DNA from: Burkholderiales bacterium | GTDB taxonomy: Bacteria > Pseudomonadota > Gammaproteobacteria > Burkholderiales > SG8-41 | DNA: 64,000 nucleotides | Direction of reading: 5' to 3' | Assembly: GCA_019744975.1 (NCBI GenBank) | Contig: JAIETP010000020.1 | Span: 83,307-147,306 of the forward strand | Part shown: positions 32,450 through 42,829 of the stretch, piece by piece | How the letters are laid out: each line of letters begins with the position of its first letter | Numbering within the stretch: position 1 is the stretch's first letter | Made by a program: the position numbers and the translations under genes | Notes under the pieces: model-generated | What the model was told of the DNA's origin: nothing | The model's input: only the letters and a program-made list of their open reading frames with translations | The model's database searches: none

Positions 32450-32972
32450 ACCCGTACTGCGCATGGGTGATGAACGCCTGCTGCGGATCTCGCAGCCGGT
32501 GCAGCGTTTTGACACGCCGGAGCTGCATGCGCTGATCGCCGACATGCAGGACACCATGCAGGCGCTGAACGGCGCGGGACTGGCTGCGCCGCAGATCGGT
32601 GTGCCGCTGCGCGTGGTCATTTTCGGCATTGAAGCCAACCCGCGTTACCCGGATGCCGAGCCCGTGCCGCAGACGGTGCTGATCAACCCGGTGATCACGC
32701 CTTTGGACGCGGCAATGGAAGAGGGTTGGGAAGGCTGCCTGTCGGTGCCCGGCATGCGCGGGCTGGTGCCGCGTTACCTGCGCCTGCGTTACCAGGGCTG
32801 CGATGCCCGTGGTGCCGTGATTGACCGCACGGTGGAAAATTTTCATGCGCGCGTGGTGCAGCACGAATGCGACCATCTCGACGGCGTGTTGTACCCGATG
32901 CGCATCCTTGACCTGCGTAATTTCGGCTTTACTGAAGAGTTGTTTCCAGGGCAGAAAATCGAGGACGACTGA
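32439..32972 (+). CDS. def: Peptide deformylase
   Basis: [27 protein letters not shown]; start revised to 32439. Confidence 0.95.
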   Translation: MAVRPVLRMGDERLLRISQPVQRFDTPELHALIADMQDTMQALNGAGLAAPQIGVPLRVVIFGIEANPRYPDAEPVPQTVLINPVITPLDAAMEEGWEGCLSVPGMRGLVPRYLRLRYQGCDARGAVIDRTVENFHARVVQHECDHLDGVLYPMRILDLRNFGFTEELFPGQKIEDD

Positions 32973-33002
32973 GCGAGGACGACTGAGCGAAAACGACTGA
33001 GC
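32961..33002 (+). repeat. Tandem 14-bp repeat x3 (GAGGACGACTGAGC x2, GAAAACGACTGAGC) spanning the def stop
   Basis: Read directly; units at 32961, 32975 and 32989. Confidence 0.85.
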
Positions 33003-33075
33003 CGGAACAACCGGGAGCGGGCGACCGGGGCCGAAGCCTGTACCCGCGGTTTTTGTTTGCAGTTTGCGCCGCCGT

Positions 33076-35667
33076 TCAGATCCGCAACTGGTCGAGCAGT
33101 TCGCTTTCGAAACGTACCGTGGTTTTCGGATTGCCCAACGCCGCACCACTGACGACGAAAGTATCTTCGGCACGGGCGCCCAGAGTGTTGATTTTCGCCG
33201 CATGCAGATTGATGTCAAAGGCGGTCAGCGTGCGCGAGATCCGCGACAGCAGGCCGGGGCGGTCGCCGGCGACGATGGACAGCATGCGGTAAGCACCGCG
33301 CTCATCCGACTGGATGGAAACTTCCGGCGTAATCGGGAAATGCCGCAGTTGCCGGCTCAGTCGCGGCTTGGTCAGCGGTGGCAGTGGTGCCTTGCTGGTC
33401 AGGCGGTCGGTCAGTTCGTATTCGATATAGCTGATCAGGTCGCGGTATTCCGGCTGCCGGTTGGACGCATCCTGGATCTGGAAGGTATCGAGCGCGTAGC
33501 CATGACGTGTGGTGTGGATCTTGGCTTCAAAAATGTCGAAGCTGATGCCTTCGAAAAAACTGCAGATCCGCGAAAACAGTTCCTTCTGGTCGGTGACATA
33601 GACCAGCACCTGCAGGCCTTCGCCGACCGGTGACAGGCGTGCCTTGACCACCGGCACGGCAGAATTGACGCGGTGATGCAGATGGCGGGTGTGCCAGGCG
33701 ATCTCCTGTGCTTCATGTCGCAGGAAATAAGCCGTATCGAGTTGTTTCCAGAATTCCCGGTAGTCCGCCTCCGGGATCGCGTACAGGCGCAGCCGCACCA
33801 TCGCATCTTCCTGGCGACCGCGCTGGCCGTCCTGGCGTCCGCTGCGTTCACCGGTGAGCATGCGCCGGGTGGTGTGAAACAGGTCCTCGAGCAGTTTGGC
33901 TTTCCATGCATTCCATACCTTGGGACTGGTGCCGCGGATATCGGCAACGGTCAGCAGGTAGAGTGCGATCAGGTGCCGCTCGTCGCCGACGCGCTGCACG
34001 AAACTGCGCAAAACCTCGGGGTCGCTCAGATCCTGTTTTTGCGCGGTAGCCGACATGACGAGATGCTGTTCCACCAGCCAGGCCACCAGATCGGCATCGA
34101 CCTGTGACAGGCCGTGGGTTTTGCAGAAGCGCAGGGCATCGACCTTGCCGAGGTCGGAATGGTCGCCGCCGCGTCCTTTGGCGATGTCGTGAAACAGTCC
34201 TGCAAGGTAGAGCAGTTCGGGTTTGTCGAATTCGCTCATCAAACGGCTGCACAGAGGGAATTCGTGGGCCAGCTCCGGCACTGCGAAACGGCGGAGGTTG
34301 CGCACCACCTTGAGGATGTGTTCATCCACCGTATAGACATGGTAGAGGTCATGCTGCATCTGGCCGGTGACGCGGCCGAACGCGGGGATGTAGCGGCCGA
34401 GAATGTCGAACTGGTGCATGCGCCGCAGTTCGCGTACCACTCGCGTCGGACTGCGCAGGATGTCCATGAACAGTGCCTGCATGTGCGGGTCGCGACGTGC
34501 CGCCGGATTGATGTTCCGACGTGCACGCCACAGCGCACGCATGGTTACCGCGCCGATGCCCTTGATGCCATGGTGCTGCTGCAGCAATGAAAACACCTCT
34601 AGTATAGAACGGGGGTCGCGTTCGAATATGGTCGGGTCCGGTGCGGACAGCAGTTCGCCGCGGATCACGAAGCGTGGATTGAGCGGTGTGACCACCGAGC
34701 GGTTGGCGGGCGGGGCGATGCGCAGCGCCAGGTTCTGCAGCAGGATGGTGTTGAGCAGGTATACCGATTTTGCCGTCAGGTAATAACGCTGCATCAGGCG
34801 TTCGCTGGCGCGCCGGTTGGCACGGGTGGCGAAGCCGAGTTGTTTGGCAAGCGCAGTCTGGTGATCGAACAGCAGACGGTCTTCGTGGCGCCCGGCCAGG
34901 TAATGCAGATGGATGCGCAGCAGCTCCAGCAATCGTTCGTGGCGGCTGATGGCGCGGGCTTCGTCGCGGGTAATGAAGCCGCGCCGGGCCAGTTCCAGCC
35001 AGGTCCGGCCCAGACCTGCGGCGCGGGAAATCCACAAGATGGTGTTCAGGTCACGCAGGCCGCCGGCGCTTTCCTTGAGATTTGGTTCAAGGTTGGTCTC
35101 CTGGTGCCGGGAATGCCGCTCCTGCTGTTCGATGCGTTTGGCGCTGAGGAAGGCCACCGGATCGATCGATTGCCGCACCTTGCGCGTGAAGCGCCGGTAC
35201 AGGTCGCGGTTGCCGGTGAGCAGCCGGGACTCAAGCAGATTGGTCTGAACGGTTATGTCGCCGGACGCGATCTCGAAACATTCCTCCAGCGTACGCACGC
35301 TGTGTCCGACATCCAGCCCGATGTCCCAGAAGGCGCCGATCAGCGCCTCGAGTTTTTCGCGCAGCGCGGTGTCCGGGGCGGCCGGCAACAGGATCAGGAT
35401 GTCGACATCGGAGTGGGGAAACAGCTGGCCGCGGCCGTAACCGCCAACGGCGATCAAGGCAAGTTGGTCCGGCATCTGGTGTGATTTCCACGCCAGACGC
35501 AGATGACGGTCTGTCAGCAGCGTCAGGCGACGCAGCAGTTCGTGCCTCAGTTTTCCCGCTTCGAACTGTTTTTGCAGTGCCGCGCGGTCTCCCGCCAGTG
35601 CCGCCCGCTGGCTGTCTTGCGGGCTTGCGCGCGGCGCGCGGGTCGGGGCTTCCTGGGCTTTGCTCAT
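33076..35667 (-). CDS. glnD: [Protein-PII] uridylyltransferase
   Basis: AVGGYGRG...SDVDIL, EPNLKESAGGLRD, HD domain (HDIAKGRGGDHS), ACT domains; start revised to 35667. Confidence 0.96.
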   Translation of the reverse strand: MSKAQEAPTRAPRASPQDSQRAALAGDRAALQKQFEAGKLRHELLRRLTLLTDRHLRLAWKSHQMPDQLALIAVGGYGRGQLFPHSDVDILILLPAAPDTALREKLEALIGAFWDIGLDVGHSVRTLEECFEIASGDITVQTNLLESRLLTGNRDLYRRFTRKVRQSIDPVAFLSAKRIEQQERHSRHQETNLEPNLKESAGGLRDLNTILWISRAAGLGRTWLELARRGFITRDEARAISRHERLLELLRIHLHYLAGRHEDRLLFDHQTALAKQLGFATRANRRASERLMQRYYLTAKSVYLLNTILLQNLALRIAPPANRSVVTPLNPRFVIRGELLSAPDPTIFERDPRSILEVFSLLQQHHGIKGIGAVTMRALWRARRNINPAARRDPHMQALFMDILRSPTRVVRELRRMHQFDILGRYIPAFGRVTGQMQHDLYHVYTVDEHILKVVRNLRRFAVPELAHEFPLCSRLMSEFDKPELLYLAGLFHDIAKGRGGDHSDLGKVDALRFCKTHGLSQVDADLVAWLVEQHLVMSATAQKQDLSDPEVLRSFVQRVGDERHLIALYLLTVADIRGTSPKVWNAWKAKLLEDLFHTTRRMLTGERSGRQDGQRGRQEDAMVRLRLYAIPEADYREFWKQLDTAYFLRHEAQEIAWHTRHLHHRVNSAVPVVKARLSPVGEGLQVLVYVTDQKELFSRICSFFEGISFDIFEAKIHTTRHGYALDTFQIQDASNRQPEYRDLISYIEYELTDRLTSKAPLPPLTKPRLSRQLRHFPITPEVSIQSDERGAYRMLSIVAGDRPGLLSRISRTLTAFDINLHAAKINTLGARAEDTFVVSGAALGNPKTTVRFESELLDQLRI

Positions 35668-35699
35668 GCGAGAGCGGCGATTGTTCTTGTTACCCGTGT

Positions 35700-36491
35700 T
35701 CAGGCGGGCGGTGCGGGGGTCGCGGCGGACATGGTCAGCACTTCGTAGCCGCGGTCGGTGACCAGCACGGTGTGCTCCCACTGTGCCGACAGGCTGTGAT
35801 CCTTGGTGACGATGGTCCAGCCGTCGGCCAGTTGACGGATGTCCGCGCGGCCGGCATTGATCATCGGTTCGACGGTGAAAATCATCCCGGCTTCCAGACG
35901 CATGCCCATGCCGGGTCTGCCGTAATGCAGGATCTGCGGCTCTTCATGGAAATTGAGGCCGATGCCATGGCCGCAGAATTCGCGGACCACGCTGCAGCCG
36001 TTTTTTTCGGCATGGACCTGTATCGCGTGACCGATGTCGCCCAGGGTATTGCCGGGCCGCACGGCGCGGATGCCGCGCCACATGCACTCGTAAGTCAGGT
36101 CGATCAGCCGGCGCGCCTGGATCGAAGGCGGTCCGACACAGAACATGCGGCTGGTATCGCCGTGGAAACCATCCTTGATGACCGTGATGTCGACATTGAT
36201 GATGTCGCCGTTTTTGAGTTTTTTTTCACCCGGGACGCCGTGGCAGACCACATGATTGACAGAAGTGCAGATTGATTTCGGGTACGGCGTGTAACCCGGC
36301 GGGGTGTAATTCAGCGGCGCCGGTATCGTGCCTTGTACATTCACCATGTAATCGTGACAGAGGCGGTCGAGTTCGCCGGTGGTGATGCCGGCTTTGATGT
36401 GCGGGGTGATGAAGTCGAGCACTTCGGCGGCGAGCCGGCCGGCGACCCGCATCCCCTCGATTTGCTGCGGATTCTTGAGATTTACGGGCAT
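35700..36491 (-). CDS. map: Methionine aminopeptidase type I
   Basis: SICTSVNHVVCHG, GHGIG..FHEEP, FTVEPMIN, SAQWEHT. Confidence 0.97.
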   Translation of the reverse strand: MPVNLKNPQQIEGMRVAGRLAAEVLDFITPHIKAGITTGELDRLCHDYMVNVQGTIPAPLNYTPPGYTPYPKSICTSVNHVVCHGVPGEKKLKNGDIINVDITVIKDGFHGDTSRMFCVGPPSIQARRLIDLTYECMWRGIRAVRPGNTLGDIGHAIQVHAEKNGCSVVREFCGHGIGLNFHEEPQILHYGRPGMGMRLEAGMIFTVEPMINAGRADIRQLADGWTIVTKDHSLSAQWEHTVLVTDRGYEVLTMSAATPAPPA

Positions 36492-36673
36492 GACAGCGTT
36501 TTTGAGGCGCGCCGCACGGCAGCGCAGGTAAGGGATGTTGCTTGGTTGTTACTTGAGGGGGCGATTCTAACAGGTTGTAACCATTCAAAAAATTCGGGTT
36601 TTGCCATGGCAAAAGGTATTTTTGTGGCCATGGTCCGGGCACTGTACATGGCTTGAGGGAAAATGGCTTTGCG

Positions 36674-36826
36674 TGTTAAAATAAGGAGTTAGCTTGGTTC
36701 TTTGGCTTCACATTTTGTGTGGCCGGACCCGGCAACAACCCCACACACCTGTCGACGTTAAGGGTGCCCGGATTTCCGGGTGGCAATGGACAGGTGGCGG
36801 ACCAACCCTAACTGGAGAATTGCAAC
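36674..36826 (+). promoter_or_regulatory. rpsB extended -10 promoter (TGTTAAAAT) and 5' leader (putative S2 autoregulatory RNA)
   Basis: TG-n-TAAAAT at 36674-36682; leader with CACACACCTGTCGAC...GACAGGTG complementarity and GGGTG motif. Confidence 0.45.
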
Positions 36827-37579
36827 ATGTCAGTCACCATGCGCGAAATGCTTGAGGCCGGCGTACATTTCGGCCATCAAACGCGTTACTGGAATCCGAA
36901 AATGGCACCTTACATTTTCGGTCACCGCAACAAGATCCACATCGTCAATCTTGAAAAGACGATGGTTCTCTACCACGATGCGCTGAAGTTCGTGCGCCAG
37001 CTGTCTTCGAACAAGGGCAGCATCCTGTTCGTCGGCACCAAACGCCAGGCCCGCGAGATCGTTCGCGAAGAAGCCCAGCGTTGCGGCTCCCCCTACGTTG
37101 ACTACCGCTGGCTCGGCGGCATGTTGACCAACTACAAAACGGTCAAGGGTTCGATCCAGCGCCTGAAGGACATGCTGGCCATGCGCGAAGACGGCTCGTT
37201 CGAGAAGCTGTCGAAGAAGGAAGGCCTGCAGTATGAGCGCGAAATCGCCAAACTTGAGCGCAGTCTGGGCGGCATCAAGGACATGAGCAGCCTGCCGGAT
37301 GCGCTGTTCGTGATTGACGTCGGTTACCAGAAGGGTGCGATTACCGAGGCGAAAAAACTCGGCATCCCCGTCATCGGCGTCGTCGACACCAACCACTCAC
37401 CGGACGGCGTGGATTACGTGATTCCGGGCAACGATGACTCGAACCGCGCGATCAAGCTCTACGCACGCGGCATGGCGGACGCCGTTCTTGAAGGCCGCAG
37501 CACCAGCATTCAGGAGATTGTCAAAGGTGGCTCCGACGAATTCGTCGAGGTCGATGACGGCGAAACAGCCGCAGCCTGA
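36827..37579 (+). CDS. rpsB: 30S ribosomal protein S2
   Basis: [34 protein letters not shown]. Confidence 0.98.
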   Translation: MSVTMREMLEAGVHFGHQTRYWNPKMAPYIFGHRNKIHIVNLEKTMVLYHDALKFVRQLSSNKGSILFVGTKRQAREIVREEAQRCGSPYVDYRWLGGMLTNYKTVKGSIQRLKDMLAMREDGSFEKLSKKEGLQYEREIAKLERSLGGIKDMSSLPDALFVIDVGYQKGAITEAKKLGIPVIGVVDTNHSPDGVDYVIPGNDDSNRAIKLYARGMADAVLEGRSTSIQEIVKGGSDEFVEVDDGETAAA

Positions 37580-37599
37580 TCCGGCTCCACGACACATTC

Positions 37600-37624
37600 A
37601 AGGGGCGTACAGCCCCTTTTTTTT
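37600..37624 (+). terminator. Intrinsic terminator/attenuator between rpsB and tsf
   Basis: AAGGGGC-GTACA-GCCCCTT followed by a T run. Confidence 0.8.
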
Positions 37625-37626
37625 AA

Positions 37627-37704
37627 TTATTGAAAACTCCATAAATAATGACAAAAACAAGCCTCTAGCGAGGCTGTCATGTTTTTGGGAAAACTCAATA
37701 GCGC
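37627..37704 (+). repeat. Structured intergenic repeat, copy A (78 bp)
   Basis: 57/66 core identity to the minus strand of 4911-4986; contains AGCCTC-TAGC-GAGGCT hairpin flanked by ATGAC/GTCAT. Confidence 0.85.
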
Positions 37705-37720
37705 AAGAGGAATTGCAGCA

Positions 37721-38632
37721 ATGGCGGAAATAACAGCGGGCATGGTGAAGGAACTGCGGGAAAAAACCGATGCCCCGATGATGGAATGCAAAAAAGCACT
37801 GACCGAGGCCGGCGGCGACATGGGCAAGGCCGAAGAAATCCTGCGGGTCAAACTCGGCAACAAGGCGAGCAAGGCGGCGTCACGCATTGCGGCCGAAGGT
37901 GTGGTTGCGGTGCATATCGCGGCCGACGGCAAACTCGGCGCGATCATCGAGATCAACTGCGAAACCGACTTTGTCGCGAAGAATGACGATTTCCTTGCCT
38001 TCTCCGGGGCGCTGGCGAAACTGGTGGCGGAGAAAACTCCGGCTGACGTCACAGCCCTGTCGGGCCTGCCGCTGGACGGCGCCACGGTGGACGAGCGGCG
38101 CAAGGCGCTGATCGGCAAGATCGGTGAAAACGTCAGCATCCGCCGCTTCGTGCGTATTGCCGCCGCGGGGCGCCTTGCATCCTATATCCACTGCGGCGCG
38201 AAAATCGGAGTGCTGGTGGATGTGGCCGGCGGCGAAGAGTCACTGGGCAGGGACATCGCGATGCATATCGCGGCGAGCAAACCGAAGGCGCTGGATGCTT
38301 CCGGAGTGGCGGCCGAGGCCATTGAAGCCGAACGTCGTGTAGCTACAGAAAAAGCGGCTGAAGACGCCGCCAAATCGGGCAAGTCGATTCCGCCGGAAAT
38401 CATGGCAAAACGGGTCGAGGGTTCGGTACAGAAATTCCTCAAGGAAGTGACGCTGCTCGGCCAGTTGTTCGTCAAGAACGACAAGCAGACCATTGAGCAG
38501 TTGCTGAAATCGGCCAATGCCAGGGTCGCCGGGTTCGTGCTGTATGTGGTCGGCGAAGGCATCGAGAAGAAGAAGGACGATTTTGCGGCCGAAGTCATGG
38601 CCCAGGTCGGGCAGGCGCGGCAGCAGGCATAA
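37721..38632 (+). CDS. tsf: Elongation factor Ts
   Basis: [36 protein letters not shown]; start revised to 37721. Confidence 0.97.
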   Translation: MAEITAGMVKELREKTDAPMMECKKALTEAGGDMGKAEEILRVKLGNKASKAASRIAAEGVVAVHIAADGKLGAIIEINCETDFVAKNDDFLAFSGALAKLVAEKTPADVTALSGLPLDGATVDERRKALIGKIGENVSIRRFVRIAAAGRLASYIHCGAKIGVLVDVAGGEESLGRDIAMHIAASKPKALDASGVAAEAIEAERRVATEKAAEDAAKSGKSIPPEIMAKRVEGSVQKFLKEVTLLGQLFVKNDKQTIEQLLKSANARVAGFVLYVVGEGIEKKKDDFAAEVMAQVGQARQQA

Positions 38633-38659
38633 AGATTTAAGCGGCTATATTTAAATACC

Positions 38660-38677
38660 TTTAAAAACAATAACTTG
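38660..38677 (+). repeat. Dispersed AT-rich IHF-like motif, copy 5, degenerate (TTTAAAAACAATAACTTG)
   Basis: AAACAA-TAAC-TTG, one mismatch to IHF consensus; in the tsf-pyrH spacer. Confidence 0.55.
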
Positions 38678-38686
38678 GGTATATAC

Positions 38687-39406
38687 ATGGCGCAAGCACC
38701 AGCCTACAAGCGGATCCTGCTGAAACTGAGCGGGGAAGCGCTGATGGGGGACGACAGTTACGGCATCAATCGCAACACCATCGACCGCATTGTTGCCGAG
38801 GTGGCGGAGGTGTTGCGACTCGGCGTTGAGGTCGCCGTGGTCATCGGGGGCGGCAATATTTTTCGCGGTGTTGCACCGGCCGCCTCGCATATGGATCGCG
38901 CCACCGCCGATTACATGGGCATGCTGGCGACGGTGATGAACGCACTGGCGCTGCAGGATGCGATGCGCCATGCCGGCCTGCAGAGCCGCGTGCAGTCGGC
39001 ACTGAATATCGAGCAGGTGGTCGAACCGTACATTCGCGGCAAGGCGATGCGTTATCTGGAAGAAGGCAAGATTGTCATTTTTGCCGCGGGTACCGGCAAT
39101 CCGTTTTTCACCACCGACACCGCGGCCGCGCTGCGCGGCATGGAAATGAACGTTGACCTGGTGTTGAAGGCGACCAAGGTCGATGGTGTTTACACCGATG
39201 ACCCGAAGACGCACCCGGACGCGATGCGTTACCAGAAACTGACGTTCGACGAGGCGATCATCAAGAACCTGAAGGTGATGGATGCCACGGCGCTGACTTT
39301 GTGCCGGGACCAGAAACTGCCGATCAACGTGTTCAGCATTCTCAAGCCACAGGCGCTGAAGCGGGTCGTCATGGGTGAAGACGAAGGAACGATGGTGCAT
39401 GTTTGA
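38687..39406 (+). CDS. pyrH: UMP kinase
   Basis: [29 protein letters not shown]; start revised to 38687. Confidence 0.97.
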   Translation: MAQAPAYKRILLKLSGEALMGDDSYGINRNTIDRIVAEVAEVLRLGVEVAVVIGGGNIFRGVAPAASHMDRATADYMGMLATVMNALALQDAMRHAGLQSRVQSALNIEQVVEPYIRGKAMRYLEEGKIVIFAAGTGNPFFTTDTAAALRGMEMNVDLVLKATKVDGVYTDDPKTHPDAMRYQKLTFDEAIIKNLKVMDATALTLCRDQKLPINVFSILKPQALKRVVMGEDEGTMVHV

Positions 39407-39418
39407 CAGGAGGTTGCC

Positions 39419-39976
39419 ATGATTGCTGATGTGAAAAAAAACGCCGAACAGAAGATGAAGAAAACGGTGGAAGCGCTGAAGCTGGATCTCGGCAAGATCC
39501 GCACCGGCCGCGCGCATACCGGACTGCTGGACCACGTCATGGTTGATTATTACGGCACACCGACGCCGCTGCCCCAGGTGGCCAATGTCACTTTGGTCGA
39601 TGGCCGGACTATCGGCGTCAGCCCTTGGGAGAAAAAAATGGTGTCCGCTGTCGAAAAGGCGATCCGTGACGCCGACCTCGGCCTGAACCCCGCGACTCAG
39701 GGTGATCTGGTTCGGGTGCCGATGCCGGCGCTGACCGAAGAGCGGCGACGCGACCTGATCAAGGTCGTGCGCCAGGAAGGCGAAACGGCAAAAATCGCCG
39801 TCCGCAATATCCGGCGCGACGCGAATACCCATCTCAAGGATCTGCTGAAGAAGAAGGAAGTGGCCGAAGACGAGGAGCGCCGGGCGCAGGATGACATCCA
39901 GAAGCTGACGGATCGTTCGATCGCCGAGATCGACAAGGCACTTGAGGTCAAGGAAACCGACCTCATGGCGATCTGA
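39419..39976 (+). CDS. frr: Ribosome recycling factor
   Basis: [25 protein letters not shown]. Confidence 0.97.
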   Translation: MIADVKKNAEQKMKKTVEALKLDLGKIRTGRAHTGLLDHVMVDYYGTPTPLPQVANVTLVDGRTIGVSPWEKKMVSAVEKAIRDADLGLNPATQGDLVRVPMPALTEERRRDLIKVVRQEGETAKIAVRNIRRDANTHLKDLLKKKEVAEDEERRAQDDIQKLTDRSIAEIDKALEVKETDLMAI

Positions 39977-39985
39977 CCTGCGCGC

Positions 39986-40744
39986 GTGACCAGTTCCACG
40001 CAGGGCATTCCCGGAAGCAGCGCAGTACCGCGCCATGTGGCCATCATCATGGATGGCAACGGGCGCTGGGCAAAACACCGTTTTTTGCCGCGGGTGGCGG
40101 GGCATCGCAAGGGTGTGGAGGCGGTGCGCAATGCAGTCCAGGGCTGCGCCGAGCGCGGTGTCGAGGCGTTGACACTGTTTGCTTTCAGCAGCGAAAACTG
40201 GCGCCGCCCTGCAGAAGAGGTCTCGCTGCTGATGCAGCTCTTCGTCAGCGCGCTGCAGCAGGAGGTCGAGCGCCTGCACCAGAACGGAATACGTTTCCGG
40301 GTGATCGGCGATATTTCGCGGTTTGATCCCGTGCTGGTTGACCTGATTACCAATGCGCAACGTTTGACTGCCGCCAACCGGGGATTGACGCTGACGGTGG
40401 CCGCTAATTATGGCGGTCGCTGGGACATCATGCAGGCGGTCAACCGCCTGCGCGCCGAACACGCGGCCTGCAACGAACCCTGGACCGAGGAGCAGTTGCA
40501 GGCGTATCTGGCGCTCGGCGATCTGCCCGAGCCCGACCTGTTCATCCGTACCGGTGGTGAACAGCGAGTCAGCAATTTCCTGCTGTGGCAACTTGCCTAT
40601 ACAGAGTTCTATTTCACCGACACCTTGTGGCCGGATTTTGACGCCCGTGCCCTTGACCTGGCCATTGCCTCTTACCGCCGGCGTGAGCGCCGTTTCGGCC
40701 GCACCAGCGAGCAGGTGGCTACCGGCCGCAGCGCGAGCGGCTGA
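39986..40744 (+). CDS. uppS: Undecaprenyl diphosphate synthase
   Basis: [37 protein letters not shown]. Confidence 0.96.
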   Translation: MTSSTQGIPGSSAVPRHVAIIMDGNGRWAKHRFLPRVAGHRKGVEAVRNAVQGCAERGVEALTLFAFSSENWRRPAEEVSLLMQLFVSALQQEVERLHQNGIRFRVIGDISRFDPVLVDLITNAQRLTAANRGLTLTVAANYGGRWDIMQAVNRLRAEHAACNEPWTEEQLQAYLALGDLPEPDLFIRTGGEQRVSNFLLWQLAYTEFYFTDTLWPDFDARALDLAIASYRRRERRFGRTSEQVATGRSASG

Positions 40745-40773
40745 AGCCTGCCCCGGTTTCCCCCGCCACCCAA

Positions 40774-41589
40774 ATGCTGCGTACCAGAATAATTACCGCC
40801 GCCATGCTGCTGTTGCTGTTTGTCGGCGGGATGTTTTACCTCCCGGCCGGCTGGTGGGCTGCGCTGCTGTTGCCCCTGCTGATTGCCGGCGCCTGGGAGT
40901 GGGCGGCACTTGCGGGTTTCGGACGTTCAGCACAATCGGGCTTTTGTCTGGCAATCCTGGTAACGGGGGTTTCTGTACTGCTGGGCGCGCATTATTTTGC
41001 CTTTGCCGCATTGGAGCAGGCCGCATACTGGATGTCCCTGTTGTTCTGGCTGGCATGTGCGCCGGCATGGCTGCGTTTCAGCTGGCGAGTTCGGCAGCCG
41101 TTGCTGCTGGCTGTGACCGGATGGTTGCTGATCGTGCCGACCTGGCTGGCACTGGTAAGGTTGCAGGCGTTGCCCTGGGTTTTGCTCGCAGTGCTTGGTG
41201 TGGTGTGGATTGCGGACACCGCGGCTTATTTTGCCGGACGGGTCTGGGGCCGCCACAAACTCGCACCGTCGATCAGTCCGGGAAAAACCTGGGAGGGCGT
41301 CGCTGGCGCCGTGGTCGCGGTCGCGGTGTATCATGCACTCGTATGGTATTTCGGATTTCGTGGTGTGGCGGTCGAGATCGGGGTTTTCGCGGCCTTGCTG
41401 GTGGCCTGCCTGCTGCCGCTGAGCATACTCGGCGATCTGTTCGAGTCCTGGATCAAGCGCCAGGCGGGCGTCAAGGACAGTGGCAAACTGCTGCCCGGAC
41501 ATGGCGGTGTGCTGGACCGTATCGATGCCCTGACCTCGACGCTGCCGCTTGCGGCGCTGGTGGTGCCGTGGCTGATCCAACACGCGTGA
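40774..41589 (+). CDS. cdsA: Phosphatidate cytidylyltransferase
   Basis: KLAPSISPGKTWEG, GDLFESWIKRQAGVKDSG..LPGHGGVLDRID. Confidence 0.95.
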   Translation: MLRTRIITAAMLLLLFVGGMFYLPAGWWAALLLPLLIAGAWEWAALAGFGRSAQSGFCLAILVTGVSVLLGAHYFAFAALEQAAYWMSLLFWLACAPAWLRFSWRVRQPLLLAVTGWLLIVPTWLALVRLQALPWVLLAVLGVVWIADTAAYFAGRVWGRHKLAPSISPGKTWEGVAGAVVAVAVYHALVWYFGFRGVAVEIGVFAALLVACLLPLSILGDLFESWIKRQAGVKDSGKLLPGHGGVLDRIDALTSTLPLAALVVPWLIQHA

Positions 41590-41608
41590 AGACATGCCGT
41601 TTTAAATC

Positions 41609-42811
41609 ATGCAATACCTGACCATACTAGGTTCCACCGGCAGCGTTGGCGTCAGTACGCTGGATGTGCTTGCGCGCAATCCCCGGCATTTCAAGGTGGT
41701 CGCGCTCGCGGCACGGTCACGGGGCGACGTGTTGTTCGAACAATGCCGCCGTTTTGAGCCCAAACACGCGGTGCTGCTGGATACTGTTGCCGCGGAACGT
41801 TTGCAGATTCGCCTCAGGGACGCGGGTTTGTCCACCACGGTGCTGTGTGGCGCATCCGAGCTGGAGCGCGTTGCGGCACTCCCCGAAGTCACCACCGTGG
41901 TTGCGGCCATCGTTGGCATTGCCGGACTGCGGCCTGCGCTGGCAGCGGCACGATCAGGCAAAAAAATCCTGCTGGCGAACAAAGAGGCCCTGGTCACGGC
42001 GGGCGCGCTGTTCATGTCGGCGGTGCGCGACAGCGGCGCAGAACTGCTGCCGATCGACAGCGAGCACAATGCAATATTCCAGGCCTTGCCGCGGCAACGC
42101 AGCGGCTCGCTTGCGGATTGCGGCGTGCGCCGCATATTGCTCACGGCCTCCGGCGGTCCGTTCCGAACTTTTACCCCGGCGCAACTCTCGCGGGTTACGC
42201 CGGAAGAAGCCGTTGCCCATCCAAACTGGGTCATGGGCCGCAAGATATCGGTGGATTCCGCGACCATGATGAACAAGGGGCTTGAGGTCATCGAGGCGCA
42301 CTGGCTGTTTGCGGCGCCGCCGGAGATGATCGAGGTGGTGATTCATCCGCAGAGCGTGGTTCATTCGCTGGTCGAGTATTGCGACGGTTCGGTGATCGCG
42401 CAACTGGGCAATCCGGACATGCGCACGCCGATTGCTCACGCACTGGGGCATCCCGAACGCATTACCTCGGGCGCCGATTTCCTGGATCTGGCACGCACCG
42501 GCAATCTCAGTTTCGAAGCGCCGGATTCCGCGCGTTTTCCCTGTCTGCGTATTGCTTATGATGCGTTGCGCGCGGGTGGTGCGGCGGTGGTTGCCCTGAA
42601 CGCGGCCAACGAAATTGCTGTCGCTGAATTTCTGGACCGTCGCATCGGATTTGCGGACATTCCTGCGCTGATTGGACGGGTCGTTGCATTGACGCCGGCG
42701 CATTCCATAACGTCCATCGATGATGTCGAGCGTATTGACCGCAAGGCGCGGGCTGATGCGCTGGCGATTTGCGCCGGACTGGATTTGCCGCGCGTCGCAA
42801 GCGGAGGTTAA
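41609..42811 (+). CDS. dxr: 1-deoxy-D-xylulose 5-phosphate reductoisomerase
   Basis: [42 protein letters not shown]. Confidence 0.97.
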   Translation: MQYLTILGSTGSVGVSTLDVLARNPRHFKVVALAARSRGDVLFEQCRRFEPKHAVLLDTVAAERLQIRLRDAGLSTTVLCGASELERVAALPEVTTVVAAIVGIAGLRPALAAARSGKKILLANKEALVTAGALFMSAVRDSGAELLPIDSEHNAIFQALPRQRSGSLADCGVRRILLTASGGPFRTFTPAQLSRVTPEEAVAHPNWVMGRKISVDSATMMNKGLEVIEAHWLFAAPPEMIEVVIHPQSVVHSLVEYCDGSVIAQLGNPDMRTPIAHALGHPERITSGADFLDLARTGNLSFEAPDSARFPCLRIAYDALRAGGAAVVALNAANEIAVAEFLDRRIGFADIPALIGRVVALTPAHSITSIDDVERIDRKARADALAICAGLDLPRVASGG

Positions 42812-42829
42812 AAAGAGGATGAGGGGAAA

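Noticed and set aside
38182-38184. Cys (TGC) in EF-Ts YIHCG where Gly might be expected
   Set aside because: Single-base difference; could be polymorphism or sequencing error and cannot be assessed here
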